Assembly (NCBI RefSeq): GCF_006345805.1
Contig: NC_043005.1
Location: 97,464,001-97,528,000, forward strand
Source: Octopus sinensis
Taxonomy: Eukaryota
DNA length: 64,000 nt
Direction: 5' to 3'
Shown here: piece by piece, positions 36,654 through 51,421 of the stretch
How positions within the stretch are numbered: position 1 is the first letter of the stretch
How the letters are laid out: each line of letters opens with the position of its first letter
Made by a program: the position numbers and the translations under genes
The notes under the pieces: model-generated
What the model saw: only the letters and a program-made list of their open reading frames with translations
Told to the model about the DNA's origin: nothing
The model's database searches: none

Positions 36654-37009
36654 ACATGTAAATCCTTAAAAATGTTTTAGCCCAAAGGCTGCGGCCATGT
36701 ACTTTATATATAGCCAATATAAATTTATAAACTGGCTGGAGGAGCTCTGGATTTTGAAATGACTGTTTATATTCTCCTTCTCATTGAATTTGAAAGAAAT
36801 ATTCATTTCTGTAGGGTATCTGACCTCTGTGAATGCATGTGATTTTGTGTTCTAAATAACTATATTAGACCTGTTTGTATTTGGCGGAAGTGTGGATAGG
36901 AAAGTTTCTTCTACATTTCTTCTGTTGAGATGTATGTATATTTTAAAAAATGGGCATTGACCATATTTATTGCATGACAATCTTATAAATGTATGTGTGT
37001 GTATACTTC

Positions 37010-37170
37010 ATGTATGAGGAGGTGCTGGAAAGTTTTCGGCTTTAAGTGTATTGCAGAAGGCCTAGTTGGAGACCCAACCTTCTGAGTTCTTTTACAGGGC
37101 TTAGAAAAACTGAAAGAGCACTGTGTGAATTTAAGAGGAGAATATGTTGAATAAAATCATAATTCGCCAG
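37010..37170 (+). mobile_element. Mariner-derived MITE fragment
   Basis: Begins tatgaggaggtgctggaaagtt (resembles irritans-type TIR tacgagggg..gaaaagtt) and includes a transposase-end-like tgtgtgaatttaagaggagaatatgttgaataa. Confidence 0.45.
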
Positions 37171-37659
37171 GAAATGCATACTTCACTGGCTTTTCCCTGA
37201 TAACACTTGTTTTTCTTACTACCACCTCCCCTGGAATGATTTCTCTCATCCATCAGTCCTGTCCTCTCCACCCACACTTTACATTGATCATCCTCTTGAG
37301 CCACCAATTCATCTTTATCCTATCACTATATGTCTCTCCTCTTTCACTTTGAATTCTCCACTCTCCTGCAACCTACCCAATCATCCTTTCTTATTCTTCC
37401 TGTGTCTATTGTATTTATTACTCTTATTAAAGTGGCAAGCTGGCAGAATCATTAGCATGCTGGGCAAAATGCTCAGCAGCATTTCTTTATAGGTTCAAAT
37501 TCTCCTGAGTTTGGCTTTGCCTTTCATCAACTTAAGGTAGATGAAATCAGTACCAGTTGGGTGCTGGGGTTGATACTGTTCTATATTTTTGAGATGAGGA
37601 ATTATTTACATTAGACGGATATGTGTCCCCATCTTGTCTACTAACCTCAAGATTGCGTG

Positions 37660-37850
37660 TTCAATTCCAGGCAGTGCCTTGAATGAATAATAATAATAAT
37701 AGCATCAGCAAAAAAATACCTTAGGAATGAGAACCCAGGGTTGGGTTCAAAATCCTACCAGGACACCTGATGAAGGCTGGAGAGTTAATCAGTCAAAATG
37801 TTGTGGTAGCAACAAACAAGATGAGGACACATATAATGTAAATAATGTAC
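37660..37850 (+). repeat. Penelope-pLTR-like repeat with a decayed hammerhead motif (37762-37807)
   Basis: gacac-CTGATGA-aggctg...cagtc-aaaat-gtt-gtggt; two CpG-type transitions would restore cagcc-GAAAC-gtt-gtgtt. Confidence 0.4.
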
Positions 37851-40044
37851 TGGGGTTGATGTAATCAGTTTAACCCCTCCTCGAAACTGCTGGCTTTGTG
37901 CCAATATTTGAAATCCTCATTATTATTATTAAGGCAGTGAGCTGGCAGAATCGTTAGCATGCTGGGCAAAATGCTTAGTGGCATTTTGTCAGTCTTCATG
38001 ATCTGAGTTTGAATTTGAGGTTGGCTTTGCCTTTCATCCTTTTGGATTAATCTCCACTACCTCCTGTATCGAGACCACCAGGTCACGTGATTGAACAAAG
38101 AGAAAAATTTGGTATAGGAGAAATCAGATGTAGAGGATCTGTGAAGAAGCTGTGGCAGTGCAGGTATATGTTGCCTGTGTAGGATGACAGTTGGTTCAAA
38201 AGTGCCAAGTGATCCAAGGTGAAGGAATTTGTGAAAGGGGGAAAATCAAAAGAAGGCATGGGAAGAACTGGTGAAAGATAATCTTGGTCAACTGTACCTT
38301 TTGAAAGTGATGACAAAAGACTGCAACAAGTGATGAGATAGTGTGCTGCAGAAGACCCATGCGAGCATGGAAGAACAGGTGTAAAATGATGAGAATGATG
38401 AACTAACTTGAGTCTCTTACTAGTATTTGATCTATTGGAAAAAACAATCTTGAACTCTCTCCAACAGGAATTGAACTTTGAATGTAAAGCAGCAAATTAC
38501 TAAATACTGCATGTACCATCTCCCACCCTGAATATTGATGAAATAATGGTTTCAAATTTGAGCAGAAGACCAGTAATTTTGGGTAAGGGGTTAAGTCAGT
38601 TACATCAACCCCACTGCTGAATTGGTGTTTATTTTATCAACTCTGAAAGAATGAAAGGCAAAATGGACCTTGGAGTTTGAACCCAGAATGTAAAGATGGA
38701 TGAAATGCCGTTAAGCATTTTGCTACCTTGAATCATCATCATTTAATGTCCGCTTTCCATGCTAGCATGGGTTGGACGATTTGACTGAGGTCTGGTGAAC
38801 CAGATGGCTGCACCAGACTCCAACCTGATCTGGCAGAGTTTCTACAGCTGGATGCCCTTCTTAACATCAACCATTCCGAGAGTGTAGTGGGTGCTTTTAT
38901 GTGCCATCGGTTTGAGGGCCAGTTTGGTGGTACTGGCAATGGCCACACTCTAATAGTGCTTTTTATGTGCCACCTGCACAGGAGCCAGTCCAGTGGCACT
39001 GGCAATGACCTCGCTCAAATGTTTCACGTGCCACCAGCACAAGTGCTAGCAAGGCGACGCGCTAATGATCACGCTTGAATGGTGTGTTTAACGTGCCATC
39101 GGCACGAAGGCCAGCTTGTTGCTCTGGCAACGATCTCGCTCTTAGCGCTCCACTAGCAACGGATGTCGGTCACCGAGTTTGATTTCGACTTTGAATTTTG
39201 AATATTGATAAAATAATCCTACCCAAAGCAAGATTGAAGAAGCACCAATCACATTATCAAGCATGACTGGTTGAACATACTGGCAATGGCAATACTTACT
39301 GGTGGTAGTCATGGTGGGGTCATGTGGTAAGAGGCATCACTTCATGCGTTTTGGGTCTTCCAGTTAGCAAAGAAAAAAAATGCAAACATAATAAATATGT
39401 AATTAATGCTATATGCCTCTATTTAATAAATCATAATAAAAGCTTTATTCCTACATTTTCACTTTCCCCTTAGGCTGGTCATGTTATCACGTATTATAAG
39501 TGATAAGGGAGGAGGGAAAAAAAAAAGAAGCATTCTCATCTACTAGAAGTATGTACTCTGTGGAATTTCTAGCATTGAATCAATACTCTACTGAGCCGAA
39601 CTAGATTGGTACCCATGGGAAGTTGTAAGTTCCTAGCCAACTAAGTGCAACACTTAGTTGATAAGTATTTCACTTAATCTCATTTCAAACGAAGAGTACA
39701 TGTTTAATTTGCTTTTTACATGTAATACTCACATACACACACACACACACACATATATTGAACTGTACTCATGTAAATAATAATAATTTTCCAAATTTTG
39801 GCACAAGGTTAAAATTAGGATGAGGGAGTTTTTTACTGTATTGACCTCAGCACTTGACTGGTACTTTATCAATCCTTGAAAGAATGAAAAGTAAATTTGA
39901 CCTTGGCAGGATTCAAACTTTGTTTCAGGGTATTTGCCCTTTATCAATGCAGAATAGCCAAACTCATATATATATATACACACACAGCCAGACCTATTCT
40001 CCATTTCTTTTAGAAGTGGGTAGCCACAACAAAACACACCGACC

Positions 40045-41135
40045 ATTCCATTCATTTCCCAGTTTAAAGGGGTGAACCCCGTTCTATGCTCAGGTCAAGG
40101 CATAGAACACAACCCCCAATATCAGCAGCAGGGCCTGACAGCATATCCTGGTTTACCCCCGCTGCATCATGCTGCTTCCATACCCCTTTGAGCAACATCA
40201 AATTCACTCATCCATCCACAAATACTCTCCAAGCTTTCCTATCATTTATAAACTCTCTTGCCTCTCTCACTCCATCACCTCTAACCACCAAAGCTTTCCT
40301 CATTCCATCCATCCACACAAACCGAGGTCTGTCTCTGGTTCTGCTTCCTACCACTTCTGCCTTCATCACCCTCCTTATCATCTGCTCCTCATCCATCCTT
40401 TCCATGTGGCCAAACCACCTTAACATTCATCCATCCAATTTGTTAGTTTTTCTCTCATTCCTTGATCATCTTCACACCTCACTCCTCCTCCTGTCCATCT
40501 GTGTCACACCAGTCATATTCTTCAGACATCTCACCTCAAACGCATCTAGTAGCCTCCTCTCTACCTCCACATCTCTGCACCAGGTAACATCGTCAGTACA
40601 ATCACGCCCTCATAGACACCTTTTCGCTTTCATACTAAACCTTTTATCTCTCAGTATACTTTTCACAACTCCAAGTATCTTACTCCCCTCCCTCACTCTG
40701 TATCCCAATTCCCCCCCATCCGCTGTCACATGTGACCCCAGATGCTTTAAAAACACTCACCTCCTCTAACATCTCACCATTTATACTCACATCCATCCTA
40801 CCAGCCATTCCATCTCTCGAACATCTCACCTTACTCTTAGCTACATTCACTTTCAGTTTCTTCCTCCCACACACTCTTCCAAACTCTACCTCCAGTCTCC
40901 TCAGTTGCTCTTCTGAATCCGCCACAAATGCTGTATCATCAGCTAACATCAACTGACTCACCTGCCATTTCTCTCCTTATTTTCTTCCATCATTTGGGCA
41001 TCCCTACCAAGGGTTCAGCATTTGCCCCTCTCACCACACCATCCACATATAAATTCAACAGCCACAGAGACACCACACAACCCTGTCTTAACCCCACCTT
41101 CACATCAAACCTCTCACTTATTTCACCACCCACCC
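40045..41135 (-). mobile_element. Degraded RTE-clade LINE of a second family
   Basis: QLMLADDTAFVADSEEQL, KLKVNVAKSKV, LRWFGHMERM...RGRPR-like; multiple frameshifts. Confidence 0.85.
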
Positions 41136-41204
41136 TTCATAATACCAACCACTTTACAGAGTATACTGGGTGCTTTTTATGTGCCATCAGTACCAGTGTT
41201 TTTA

Positions 41205-41259
41205 TGTGGAACCATATATATATATATATATTATATATATATATATTTTATGTGGAACC

Positions 41260-41291
<32 letters not shown>

Positions 41292-41298
41292 GTGGAAC

Positions 41299-41325
<27 letters not shown>
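41205..41325. repeat. Three tandem units of tttatgtggaacca(ta)n
   Basis: Directly visible. Confidence 0.9.
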
Positions 41326-41331
<6 letters not shown>

Positions 41332-44300
41332 AAATAAATATAAGAGAGTGGTCACTATATTGCTCACTCTAGCACCAGTTAATCCAAAAGGTTTCAACCA
41401 CGAAAAATACATGTTTCCCATGAAAGCCAGTACGACTGTTAGCTCACACGGACAGGGCAAGTAAAAAATAACAAAAATACAGATTATTTTGGGACAATTG
41501 TTTCGCTATTAATGAATTAAATGTAATATTACTTACAAAAAAATCCATCTTCCATCCCTTATTCTCATTCCCCACTTCTTTTCTCCACAGTATTCTCCCT
41601 GTACACTTCCTTTCTGTACCTTTGAATAGCCATCTCACCTCTACCATACTCCGTTACTTGGCAAACAGTGTTGGTTTGTTTACATCCCTGTAACTTAGCA
41701 CTTTGGCAAAGAGACTAATAAGTATCAGACTTCAAAATGGTATCTCAGCATTGCTGAAGTTCAGTGACTACAACGAATAAAAGGTAAAATGTGTATCTGT
41801 GTTGTAAGTCTTGGAATGGCTTTGTGTTGGGGGTGGGCAGAGGTTTGGCAAAGATTTATATCACAAATATATGTTGTGTTGGAAAGCTTTCCATAAGTTT
41901 TCACTATATTTCCCCAGTGGTCATTAATACCATCTGGTGATGCAATTCTGGTGGTTGTTTGATAGACATAATAGCCATTTTGTCTCCTAAATCTTCCAAG
42001 CAATTGATAACTCATCATTATCAGGACTAAAGCCAACTTAAGTCTCATAAAATTTGCAGAGAAATAACATATTTATATCATTCATTGCTATAAATTTATG
42101 TAACAAACAATCAGACTTGTATAATAAAAGCAGTTAAAAAGTTTGGATTATATATTATGCTGAAGGATTCCTAATGAATTCTGATGAAATTGTTCTACTT
42201 TATCACAAATGCTGATATTAAGAACAGCCAATTGAAGGATGAAAATGTAATGTTTTGAATGGCAATTTTAATATTCTATCCTGTGACCGTCTAGATTTTT
42301 CTTATTTCACCAACAGATGGAAAGGGAGAGAATAAACAGAATAGAGAAATATGGTTAGGAAGATTGTGAAGTTTGAAACCTGTTAAAAAGAGGAGAGAAT
42401 GGTCATCAAGCTCTAATCTACTTGTGTGTTTTTGTTTCATGTAAGTTAGTCAAAGGAAGAAGGGCAGTGTTCATGACCTTTTGCAGCCAATTTTAGACCA
42501 GACATTTGATGTGATTGATGTTCATCATCGTTTAACGTCCATTTTCCATGCTAGCATGGGTTGGACGGTTCGACTGGGGTCTGGGAAGCCAGGAGGCTGC
42601 ACCAGGCTCCAGTCTGATTTGGCAGTGTTTCTACAGCTGGATGCCCTTCCTAACGCCAACCACTCCGTGAGTGTAGTGGGTGCTTTTTACGTGCCAGTGG
42701 AGGCTGGCAGTGGCCATGATCGGTTGGTGCTTTTTACGTGCCACCGGCACAGAAGCCAGTCAAGGCGGCGCTGGCATTGGCCACGTTCGGATGGTGCTTT
42801 TTACGTTCATTTTAAATATTGGTAGGTCAATATCTGCATAAAAAAATCTAGGTAAAGGAGGTCCAAGTGGACCAAGTTTGGGGTAGAAAGATGAAGAAAA
42901 ATTGTTTAATGTAGGATTTGCATGGCAAGACAGAGTAGAGTGCAATAAGAGGGGGCAATCTATTGTTATAGGAGAGGGTAATACAATGGATTTATCAACT
43001 TGTGGTAGTGGTATGTTGGTGAACGGCTCTGGTAGTTAACCATATGACATTCTTATTTGCATGCAGTTTTGGATATTTGTGTGTGCATGTGGTGGGGATT
43101 CTCAACTTGATTTTAGATATTTTAAAATTTGGCTGAGAATTTTTTTAATGAATTGTAAAAGTGTTTACTGAAGCTCTCTTGATTTATCAATGTTGAAAAC
43201 ATGAAAGGAAAAGTTGTTAATCCAGGATTTAAATTCAGAATTTAGAAATTAAAATCATTTTATCTTACTATAATCAATAAAAACAATAACAGATCTATTT
43301 TTTAAAATTTTGGAATATAGTTGGCAATGTTTGCAGGAGAGGTTTGCTGATTACATCAGTTCCAATATTTTACTGGTATTTTATTGACCTTGAAAGGATG
43401 AAAGTCAAAGTTGATTGGTGGGATTTGAACCTAGAATGTAATGAACTGAAAAAAAAAAAACCTTTTGTTTAATGCCCAAATTATTCTACCAATCCAACAC
43501 TAATAGTAATGTTTTTGATTCGGGTCCAAGGTTGGCAGGTTTGAGGAGATAGGTTAGTTAAATCAACCAAAGCAATTGATTGGTTCTTTATCAACCCCAG
43601 AGGGAGCTGACATTGGTGAGATTTCAACTCAGAACATAAAGAGCTGAGAAAAATACCCTGAGACATTGCTATCGATCTCAGTACTTTGCAGGTACTTTAT
43701 TTTATTGAACTCAGAAGGATGAAAAACAAAGTTGATTTAAAAAAAAAAATATTTTATTGATGAGTTTTTACTGATAATAGTAATGATTTCATGTACTGGC
43801 ACAAGGCCACATATTGGCTACCTGATTTAACTAACCTAATTAGCTTTGTCCATATATATTTACATCTATGTGTATGTTTGGGCATGTGTGTGTACACATG
43901 TATGTACATGTATATAAAATTTATCCTCAAGGGATGTTGAATTTAATTCTGCACTATACATCTTAATCATGAAGGTTTCTAACATGGGCACAAGGCCACA
44001 CATTGTTTGGGTTATATCTTGTTAGTTATATCCACCCACTGCTTATCTGCTATTTATTTATTGTTTCTCCCCACACACACTAAGGAAAGGAAAAAAAAAT
44101 GTGGTTTTGAGTCAGCACATTTTTTAGCTTGGTTTCTACAGCTTGATGTCCCTCTTTCCAGTCACTTTCTAGAGAGCACTGGGTGCTTTCATTGTACTCA
44201 AGACCAAAGGGACCTCTTGACTCCGTCTCCTTGCTCACCAATCAGAATGAGAAAGATAAGGTATCAGGCAGATAGATGCATGAATGGTAGTGAGAAGTTC

Positions 44301-47300
44301 TAAAAGGATAAGTGTTCAGGATAGTATTTTGAAATGTATACAGTCAAAGTAATGTGAGCAAGGGGGATGAAGTGATAACGAGCAATGTAACCCAGGAGAT
44401 AATGACGACCAAGACAGAACCAGAATGTGTTGCTGAAAAGTAGTAGCAAGAGCATGGTGTCAGAATGAATGAAGACAGAGAACCAAGATGTGTTGGGGGG
44501 AAAAGGAATATGCATGTGTGTGTGTGTATATAAAGACACACATCATGATCTAATTGCCTTATAAAGTGGTTACTATTTAGCAAACATGTTTTTTGTTCAG
44601 AGCCATTAATATTGAAGTTTCATCATTAATTAATAATCAATAATCAGCTTTAGCTCCTTGTTTTCCTAATGAAAGTAAATTGGTTTCAAATTTTGGCACA
44701 AGGCTAGGTTTGAGGGAGGAGCTGAGTTGATTACATTGAACCCAGGGTTCAACTAGTACTTATTTTCTTGACCCCGAAAGGATGAAGGGCAAAGTCAGCC
44801 TTGGTGGAATTAGAACTCACAATGTAAAGACAGACGAAATGCTGCTAAGCATTTTGCCCAGCATACTAATAATTCTGCCAGCTTGCTCACCTTTCACTTG
44901 AAAATTGATTAAAATTTGTTTTCATTCATCTGTTCTCATCTAATGCAACACTGTCATAGTAGCTACATTACTAGGCTTTGGGTTACCAATTGTCAGTTTT
45001 CTATAAAACTGTAGGTATGACCATAGGGCTAATGTGCATCACTAATAGTTTAAAACCTCCGTAATGTAAGACGGATAGCTCAGTGGTGAAGAAGTCTGCC
45101 CTCAGTTGTGAGGTTTCATGGTTGATTCTACTGTGTGGAAAGTTGGGCAAGTGTTTTTTTATGATGAATTGGGGTTCCTGTCAAGTTTGTAAAACAAGGA
45201 AGATAGAAATTCTGCAAAAGTCCGTCGATTGGACTGAAGCTGTAATCTGAAAATCCTGCCCTTTAATAGCACAACCCTGCTATCTTGCTGAAAACCATCA
45301 TATTGTACCCTTAGTGAAGAATATTTATTGTCTAGTTGTCCTGTTTGGCTAGAACACGATGGATTAAGGTAGTATGCTGTGAGAAGAGATATGATATTCT
45401 GGCAGTCCTCTTCATCAGGTCAGAGCTATTATAGCAGGCAATTACTATCAAGAATACTGTTTCAGTGTTGTCTGAGATAAATTATTTTGTGCAAGTTCTG
45501 CTTTTCATAGTCCTGACAATAAAGAAAATTCTATTCCTGTTAGTGGTTTACATTTACAGCTAGGGAGACTGAGTCATAGAGAATTGCTTTGGGTTAAAGA
45601 TATGTCACTGTAAAGACAACTAGATACGAAACAGTAAACACTTGGTTTTCTAGTCTAACATTGTGTCAGATCAGCTGGCTGATGGTCTAATATGCTCTCA
45701 ACTCAGTCTGTTGATGGTCTAACACTGGTCTAATGCATAGTATTGACTTAGCCAGCTGATGGTCTAAATATATCTACAAAGCTTGATGTATCTTTAAAAA
45801 AATGCATTTAAATCAAGAATACAAAACACAATCCTTTCTTTATTCTCCAATTATGCTATCATATTACACTTGTTTTATTTTTTCCTGTTGTACCTCCTCC
45901 GCTCTTAATCTTTTTTTTTACATTTTTTCCCGTCTTTACTGTTTTTTCTAAACGCATAGCTTTCATTTATATTCACGAATTCTTGTTAATGGAACAAATT
46001 CCATATAAAGGCTGTAACTAACTTAATGGAGAATTCTTCTGCAACTGGCAGAATGAAAAGTGGTTTTTAAGTGACTCAGAATGACGGAGATGGATTTTCT
46101 GACTTGATCGGCATAATTAGAAAAAAATCAGAAAGTAAAGAGGAATTAAGATGGAGAGGACCAAAATAATGGCTGGCTGTTGACATTATTGAAAGTTGAA
46201 ATGAATACAGGACAATGGGGAATTTATAGCATAAATTCTAGAATGTTCTAGAGAGAAAGAGAGGGAAGGAGAAAATTAGTGAGAAGAGATATTACAAAAG
46301 GAAAATAAAAAAAAAATTCTATATAAAAATATTTTCTTTGAGGAATGTAACCTCTCACAGCTCTTTAGCTAAATGCAAAAGACAAATCGGCATAGGTGCA
46401 GGTGTGGCTGTGTGGTAAGAAGCTTGCTTCCCTACCACATGGTTCTGAGTTCAGTCTCACTGCATGACACCTTGGGCACGTGTCTTCTACTATAGCCTTG
46501 GGCTGACCAAAACCTTGTGAGTAGATTTAGTAGATGGAAACTGAAAGAAGCCTGGCATATATTTATGCAGGTGTTTTTTTGTCTGTGTTTGTCCATCCAC
46601 CATCACTTGACAACCAATGTTGATGTGTTTATGTCCCCATAGCTTGGTGGTTTGACAAAAGAGACTGATAGAATAAGTACTAGGCTTACAAACCATAAGT
46701 CCTGGGATCAATTTCTTAGACTAAAACCCTTTAAGATGGTGCACCAGCATTGCCACAGTCAAATAACTGAAACGTATAAAAGAATAGGGAAGAGATATAT
46801 ATTTGATGCAATGGATTTCAATGTATTTTAGCTTTATTTTAGATGGAAGAAAGACAAATCCTTGCTAAGTCAAGGTTTGATTTTAAAACATTTAAATGGT
46901 TGAAATTAGTGCCACTCTGTTGTAGTTTTTTTTTTTTTGTCATTTTTAAAAAATTCAAATTGTTCTAAGATAAATCTTCCAGTGGAGACTGCAGCCATCT
47001 TGGTTCTGTGCTGGAAGTATAGAATGACTGTTTTCTCCATTCTACTGTTGGACATAATGGTGATATATAAAGATGGTGGGGCACAACTCCTCACAAACCA
47101 CTTTAGCTGTTTTAGGCATAATTCCTTATTCTGCACTTCACTCCAAAATCTATTGCTAGCAAAATGCCATGTGTTGTAGAGAAGGAATATATGTGATTGA
47201 ATTTAACCCATCATCAATATATTATTGGTACTTTGACAATCCTGTAAAGATGAACAGCCGAGTTGACTCTGGAAGGATTTAAGCTCTATTTCTCTACATT

Positions 47301-48548
47301 CCCACAGACATTTCATCTGGCATCGTTCCTTTCTACCTTCCACTAAGCTCTTCCACACCATAATTTCATAAGTAATAATTAGAAAACTTTCGTTAAGATA
47401 TGAATTTAAAACACTGTCCAATTGGGCATAACATCCATTTATCATGCTTCAGTCTCAACCATTCTACCATAATTAGCTGGACGTATCATCCGTTTTACTA
47501 TTCTTCTATTTAAGCCATCTCTACTATAATTAACTAGACATACTATCCACTCCACCAGTCTCAACCATCTCTACTTGTATGAATTTATGCAGTAGTTCTT
47601 GTCAGCTGAATCATTAGGGTGTCTTCTAACGAATGAGTTACATATCTTATTACTCCTGCTGCACCTTATGCTATCCATGGGCATAACACAAGCTCTTAAT
47701 CGTCTTGTTTTCCTAGTTTTTTTTCTTCTTTTGCTGCTGTTGCTTAGCACTAAGTCAGTTTAGATAGAGCAAACCTTGATCATCAAAATTATTCCAGCAA
47801 TGTATAATTTTTTTAGTATATATTTTTACAAACTTAGCATATCTAGAAACACAACTGATTTAGACATTGATATTGCTGCGTGTGTGTTTTGTATGTATAT
47901 TTGCTTGTATATTATTGGGTGTATATTATTTGTTTGCTCATCTGCATATATTGAATATATTCATTCTTATTTTGAATCCTGTATTCTTTAATCACCTAAG
48001 TAGAAAATAATAGATGTTTTAAGTCAGGCAATAAAAATCATCTTGGCTTTCCATTTTTCAAATGATACATGGGGAAATGGAGGATTATCTGAATACAGGT
48101 GATATCTCTCTGTCAGTTGGCAGCAAACTCAAGTCATCATTGAATTGAAGCATCATTTCCCTTCATACCTCAGATTACTGACTATTGTCAGTATCAGCCT
48201 GTGAAGCAGTGGTTTTAAACCGAATGCTAGGTCCCATCCCTTGTGGGTGTTGTGGGGTCCGATGGAGACCCTGTTGTGTTTTTTCTTAGAAATAGAGTAT
48301 TAAAACCAGTTACAACACAATTATTAAACACATTTAAAAAAAAAAATAATCTGTTTGTATTTGGTTATGGACAGGACACTTATCAGTGATCAAAAGATAT
48401 AACTGATGATATACTAATTTCTATTTTATTTTGTAAATCTTTAGTCCTTGTAACCATCTAAAAGGTGGTGCCTGCTAAAGTAAGGAACAATTCCTTTATT
48501 TCTTCTGACTAACCTTATTAATATACTATTTTCTACACTACCAAAAGC

Positions 48549-48623
<75 letters not shown>

Positions 48624-49253
48624 TATGTCATGGAAAGGCTCTGTAACAGTGCATCCTTGTGAAAAAGGATTTGATTTTCAAAATCTGTATCCCAGCAACA
48701 AGGTTCCTGGTTATATCAAAATTTAATTTGCTATGAGAAATAACAACTTTCATATTGACAAATCTACCACCCTTTGTCTCCGCCAGGCTCTCTCTCTCTA
48801 TATATATATATATTTACCACACTCTTTGTATATGGATCTCTCACACATACTGCTCTCCTCCCTCTCTCTCTTGATATGACATATTATTGCTTTCATTTTG
48901 TTTAAAATTTCATCATCATAATGTTTGCTTTCATTTATGATAGTCAGCTATCACACAGAAAATGCTAGCTTCCAAATTCTGTTTTCCAGTTGGGTAAAAA
49001 TGATCAAACTTTAAATCTTTGTAACATTTTTGTAAATTTTTTTCTGGAATAAATGAATCACAAAATCGAATTCAGCATGAAAAAGTACATCAATATACTA
49101 AATTGGAAAATTATCGCTTAATTAAAAAATTTCAAAATCTCTGACTTTAAAAGAAATTATCTCTTTCTACTTGTCTGTCTCTTTCATTTATGGTTTTCTC
49201 ATTGTAAACTTCCCCCTCTCTATATATGTTTACCACACTCTCTCACTATATAT

Positions 49254-49293
<40 letters not shown>

Positions 49294-49979
49294 CTTGTTC
49301 TAATGTTGTGTGTATGCATATGTGTAAGCAATTTCATTTGGGCGACAGTCAAAAGACCTTCACAAAGCATCAGCAACGAGCTAAGAATAATCTATACATT
49401 TATGGAAAACCAAAACAAATGGCAAAACAAAAACTTAGTTTATCGATACATTATAAATTGCCTCAAATAATGCAGAAGTATGTCCTGATCAACAAGTCTG
49501 TCTGTCAAAGAAGACAAAAAAAAAAAAAAATTGAAACAAAGACATTCTATTCTGAAAATTGTCCATCCAATAAATGTCCTAAAGCTGTATCATGCACGGG
49601 GACATAGAAATAATCGGACTGAATACCCGATCGCGTGGTTAAACCATTGGGAGTGAAGGACTCCTAGTCTTTGTTAGGGCATCCTTCTAGGAGAAGGTAG
49701 CTCAGGTAACTAGGATAACTCTAACATAAAACCTGTGGCTCAGTGGTTACCGATGATGTTGACTTGTTCTTCTTTTGGGATTATGGCTGCTGTTGCTTAG
49801 TGAGTGGGATTGACTCAGTGCACAGCCTTTCCTCACTTTAAAAGAAAATCTTCTTGCACAGGCATTGCACGATAACAACATTGATTAAGCTTTGTGCAAT
49901 GGCCATACTCGATAACAAGGGGGCAGCCACCATATATATATATATATATATATATATCTCAGAGTAAGCACACATCCGG

Positions 49980-50420
49980 CTGATCATACTAGCTTCATTC
50001 CTTGCAAGCTTACGCATGTCTTCAGCAATCACAGCCCATGTTTCACTGCCATGTAGCATGGCTGTTCCTACACATGCATTATGCAGTCTACCTTTTACTC
50101 TGAGCGAGAGGCCCTTTGTCACCAACAGAGGTAGGAGCTCTCTGAACTTTGCCCAGGCTATTCTTATTCTAGCAGCTACACTTTCAGAGCATTGACTTGG
50201 TCACCTAGGTAGCGGAAGCTATCAACTACTTCTAGTTTTTCTCCCTGGCATGTGACTGAAGCTGTTTTCTGCATGTTTTCAGTGTTTATTGTCCCTGAAC
50301 ATTTGCCACACGCAAAAACTATCTTCCCAGTTAGCCTTCCTTTGATATTGCTGCACCTCTTATGTGTCCATAGCTCACACTGGGTACATCTTATGGAGTT
50401 TCTACCTACACCTTTTCTAC
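49980..50420 (-). mobile_element. RTE LINE fragment of the PHD-bearing family
   Basis: RKGVGRNSIRCTQCELWTHKRCSNIKGRLTGKIVFACGKC...FRYLGDQV...HGSETW. Confidence 0.9.
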
Positions 50421-51294
50421 TAAAGTTATACATATTACTAGGACCAATGTGAAATAGAAAAGAGCAGCAGTGGCTGCAAGACTTCTGCCCATCCTCCACA
50501 AAAAACCACCGTTTAAAAAAAACTCTTTTTTTTACACAACCCCTCCTTATCGTCTACAAGGAATATGAATCTGCCAAAAAATTGGCAAAAATCGGCTTTT
50601 TTAAATTACCACCCCTACTGCCGTTTCCTTAATTTTTTTTTGTACTTTTTTCAGAAATTTTTTTTCAAAATATGCAGAAAAATATGGGGATTATGATTCT
50701 GAAAAATAAATTTCCAAACCTTTTGGGAAAAATTCTTTTAAGAATTTTCTTTTTCAAAATATGCAGAAAAATACAGACATTATGATTCGGTCAAATATTT
50801 CAAAACATTTCTCTAGTTACGGTTAGGGTCTTAGGGTTAGTGTTGGGGAAAAGAGTTAAAATTGAAGAATTTGGGGTGGGGTGGGGGATTTCAGTGCTGA
50901 TTTTTGAAACCTCTGTATCCGAAAATGGGGGTTTTTGGCAAAAAAAAATTTTTTTTAAATAAAGAAATTTGGGAGAAAATGTGTGTGTGTGTGTGGGGGG
51001 GGACATGTGGAAGTCTTTCTGCAGTGGCATACATTGAAAATTTTTGCTGTTAATTCATTCATATATATTTTTTGTTTCAGATAATTAATATAAAATTTCA
51101 TTTTTATATTTGTTTTGCAAGAATTTTGATATGAAACAATATTGAAACCAACATTTTATTTTGGAGGGCCATACTGCTAATAAATACATCTGCTGGTAGT
51201 GGCTCACTTCAGTTTTCTTTGTTCATTTTATGTCCATTTTACTATGTTAGCATGTGTAAGATGAAAACTATATTATTGAGTCAGTGTTTTACAG

Positions 51295-51360
51295 GTGGAT
51301 GTCTTTCAGGGATCCATTACATCATCTACCTTCGAAGACAAAGAGCTAGCAGATAATTTG
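51295..51360 (+). CDS. SNX30: Probable SNX7/30 exon (VDVFQGSITSSTFEDKELADNL); 3' boundary uncertain
   Basis: Acceptor gtgttttacag|GTG, phase 0. STFEDKEL resembles SFGDKDL of vertebrate SNX30 (recalled). No good in-phase GT donor follows. Confidence 0.5.
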
Positions 51361-51387
51361 TTGAAACAGACTTTAGCATGCACGCAT

Positions 51388-51421
<34 letters not shown>

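Noticed and set aside
41761-42048. 95-aa minus-strand ORF with SPDGINDHWG, vaguely like the Tc1 SPDLNPIE.LW motif
   Set aside because: Similarity too weak; no TIRs seen.
45070-45140. tRNA-like sequence (gatagctcagtggtgaag...ggttgattc); similar heads at 11930, 46400 and 53775
   Set aside because: SINE heads continuing into SINE bodies; no complete cloverleaf.
50815-50850. TTAGGG-like motifs suggesting an interstitial telomere
   Set aside because: Only two or three degenerate units inside what looks like a dispersed AT-rich repeat.
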